This document shows, piece after piece, positions 62,923 to 64,000 of a DNA stretch of 64,000 bases. The translations under genes and the position numbers were made by a program. Positions within the stretch are counted from its first letter, which is position 1, and every line of letters starts with the position of its first letter. The notes below the pieces were generated by a model. That model was given only the letters and a program-made list of their open reading frames with translations, was not told the DNA's origin and did no database searches. The stretch is from Octopus vulgaris (taxonomy: Eukaryota), in NCBI GenBank assembly GCA_951406725.2, contig OX597814.1, forward strand, positions 135,408,001 to 135,472,000. Direction: 5' to 3'.

Positions 62923-64000
62923 TGGATTGGCCAAAATGTCCATTCAGTTCTTAAGCGAAAATAAGACACAAGTTTTAAACAAAAATCAATTTATTCAATT
63001 AATGATATAATTACTGTTTCATTCCAGTATCTTCTGCCATTTTGTGGGCAGATCCGTTATTTCCTGCTCAAAGGATTTTCTGTCTTTACTGGCATAAAAC
63101 TCTTCCAGGCAAATTTTTACATCCTCTTCAGAATTGAAGGTCTGCCCATTCAATGAATTTTGAAGAGACCGAAAATTTGAAATCTGAAGGTGCAAGGTTG
63201 GGTGATTATGGATGGTGCAGCAAAATTTCCCAGCTGAGCTCCAGTAACTTCTGCTGTGTCTGCAAAGAAGTGTGCAGTCTGGCATTGGCAAGATGAAAGA
63301 CAATGCCCTTATGATTAGTAAGTGCTGGATGATTCTGGTGGATTGCTGTGTGTAATTTGATCAGTAGGTCACAATAAACATCAAAACTGATGTCCTGCCA
63401 TTGAGAAGCTCGTAAAAGACAACACCCTTCCAATCCCACCAAATTGAAAGCATAACCTTCTTTGGGTGAAGTCCTACTATGGAGGTTGGTTATGGTAGTC
63501 CGCTGTGCTTTCCCTGATTGTTGCACTTCACCTGATTGTTTGCACTAGTTGTAGGTAAACCATTTTTCATCCCCTGTCACCTTTCTCTTCAAAAAAGGAT
63601 CATTTACTTCACGTTTCTGCAACAAATCACAGTTGAAATTTGTTGGATAAGGCTAGCTTCATTCAATTGCTGTAGGACTCAAACATCGAGCCTGATGAGC
63701 CAACTTGATGCAGATGGTTTTCAATACTCAGTTTGGTTATATGGAGAATATTTGTGATCACCCTGGTCATATAAGAGTGGATGGTGTCAGCTAACGCCTT
63801 CATTTTGATGCTGTTAATGTCAGTTGGCCAGCCAGACTGAGATGCATCTTGAACTGAAAAATTTCCTAATCGAAATCTCAAAAATCACTTCTAGTACACA
63901 TGCTCTGCAACATCCTCTCTGTACACAGCACATATCTTCCTGTTGATTTCTGGCACTTTGTCTTTTTTTTAAAATAAAAATAGCATGAAGTGTTGATAAT
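62923..64000 (-). mobile_element. Decayed mariner element (continues past the window end)
   Basis: Terminal ta-ttggattggccaaaatgtccattc. Transposase remnants IVFHLANARLHTS...LLELSWEILLHHP and FRSLQNSLNGQTFNSEEDVK...DLPTKWQKILE. Confidence 0.88.

Overview
AT-rich, repeat-dense animal genomic DNA. The SINE families and microsatellite load resemble an octopus (coleoid cephalopod) genome; this is inferred, not verified. The one well-supported protein-coding gene is the 3' half of a rabphilin-3A/DOC2-family double-C2 gene on the + strand: 9 coding exons from 21080 to 35876, with consistent splice phases and the N-terminal Rab-binding domain outside the window. Almost all listed ORFs are microsatellite or repeat artefacts. 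The remainder is mariner/Tc1 relics, MITEs, SINEs, an R4/Dong-like LINE fragment inside (TAA)n, and two copies of a ~1.6 kb VNTR-headed composite retroposon. The most striking content is a series of Penelope-like element (PLE) remnants that form fold-backs and carry minimal type-I hammerhead ribozyme (HHR) motifs. These include a young 5.3 kb palindrome (2.3 kb arms around a GIY-YIG endonuclease fragment, one intact HHR per arm) and HHR variants with a swapped G3-C8 core pair (GUGAACA/GUGAGCA). All structures were read by eye; no alignment or folding was computed.
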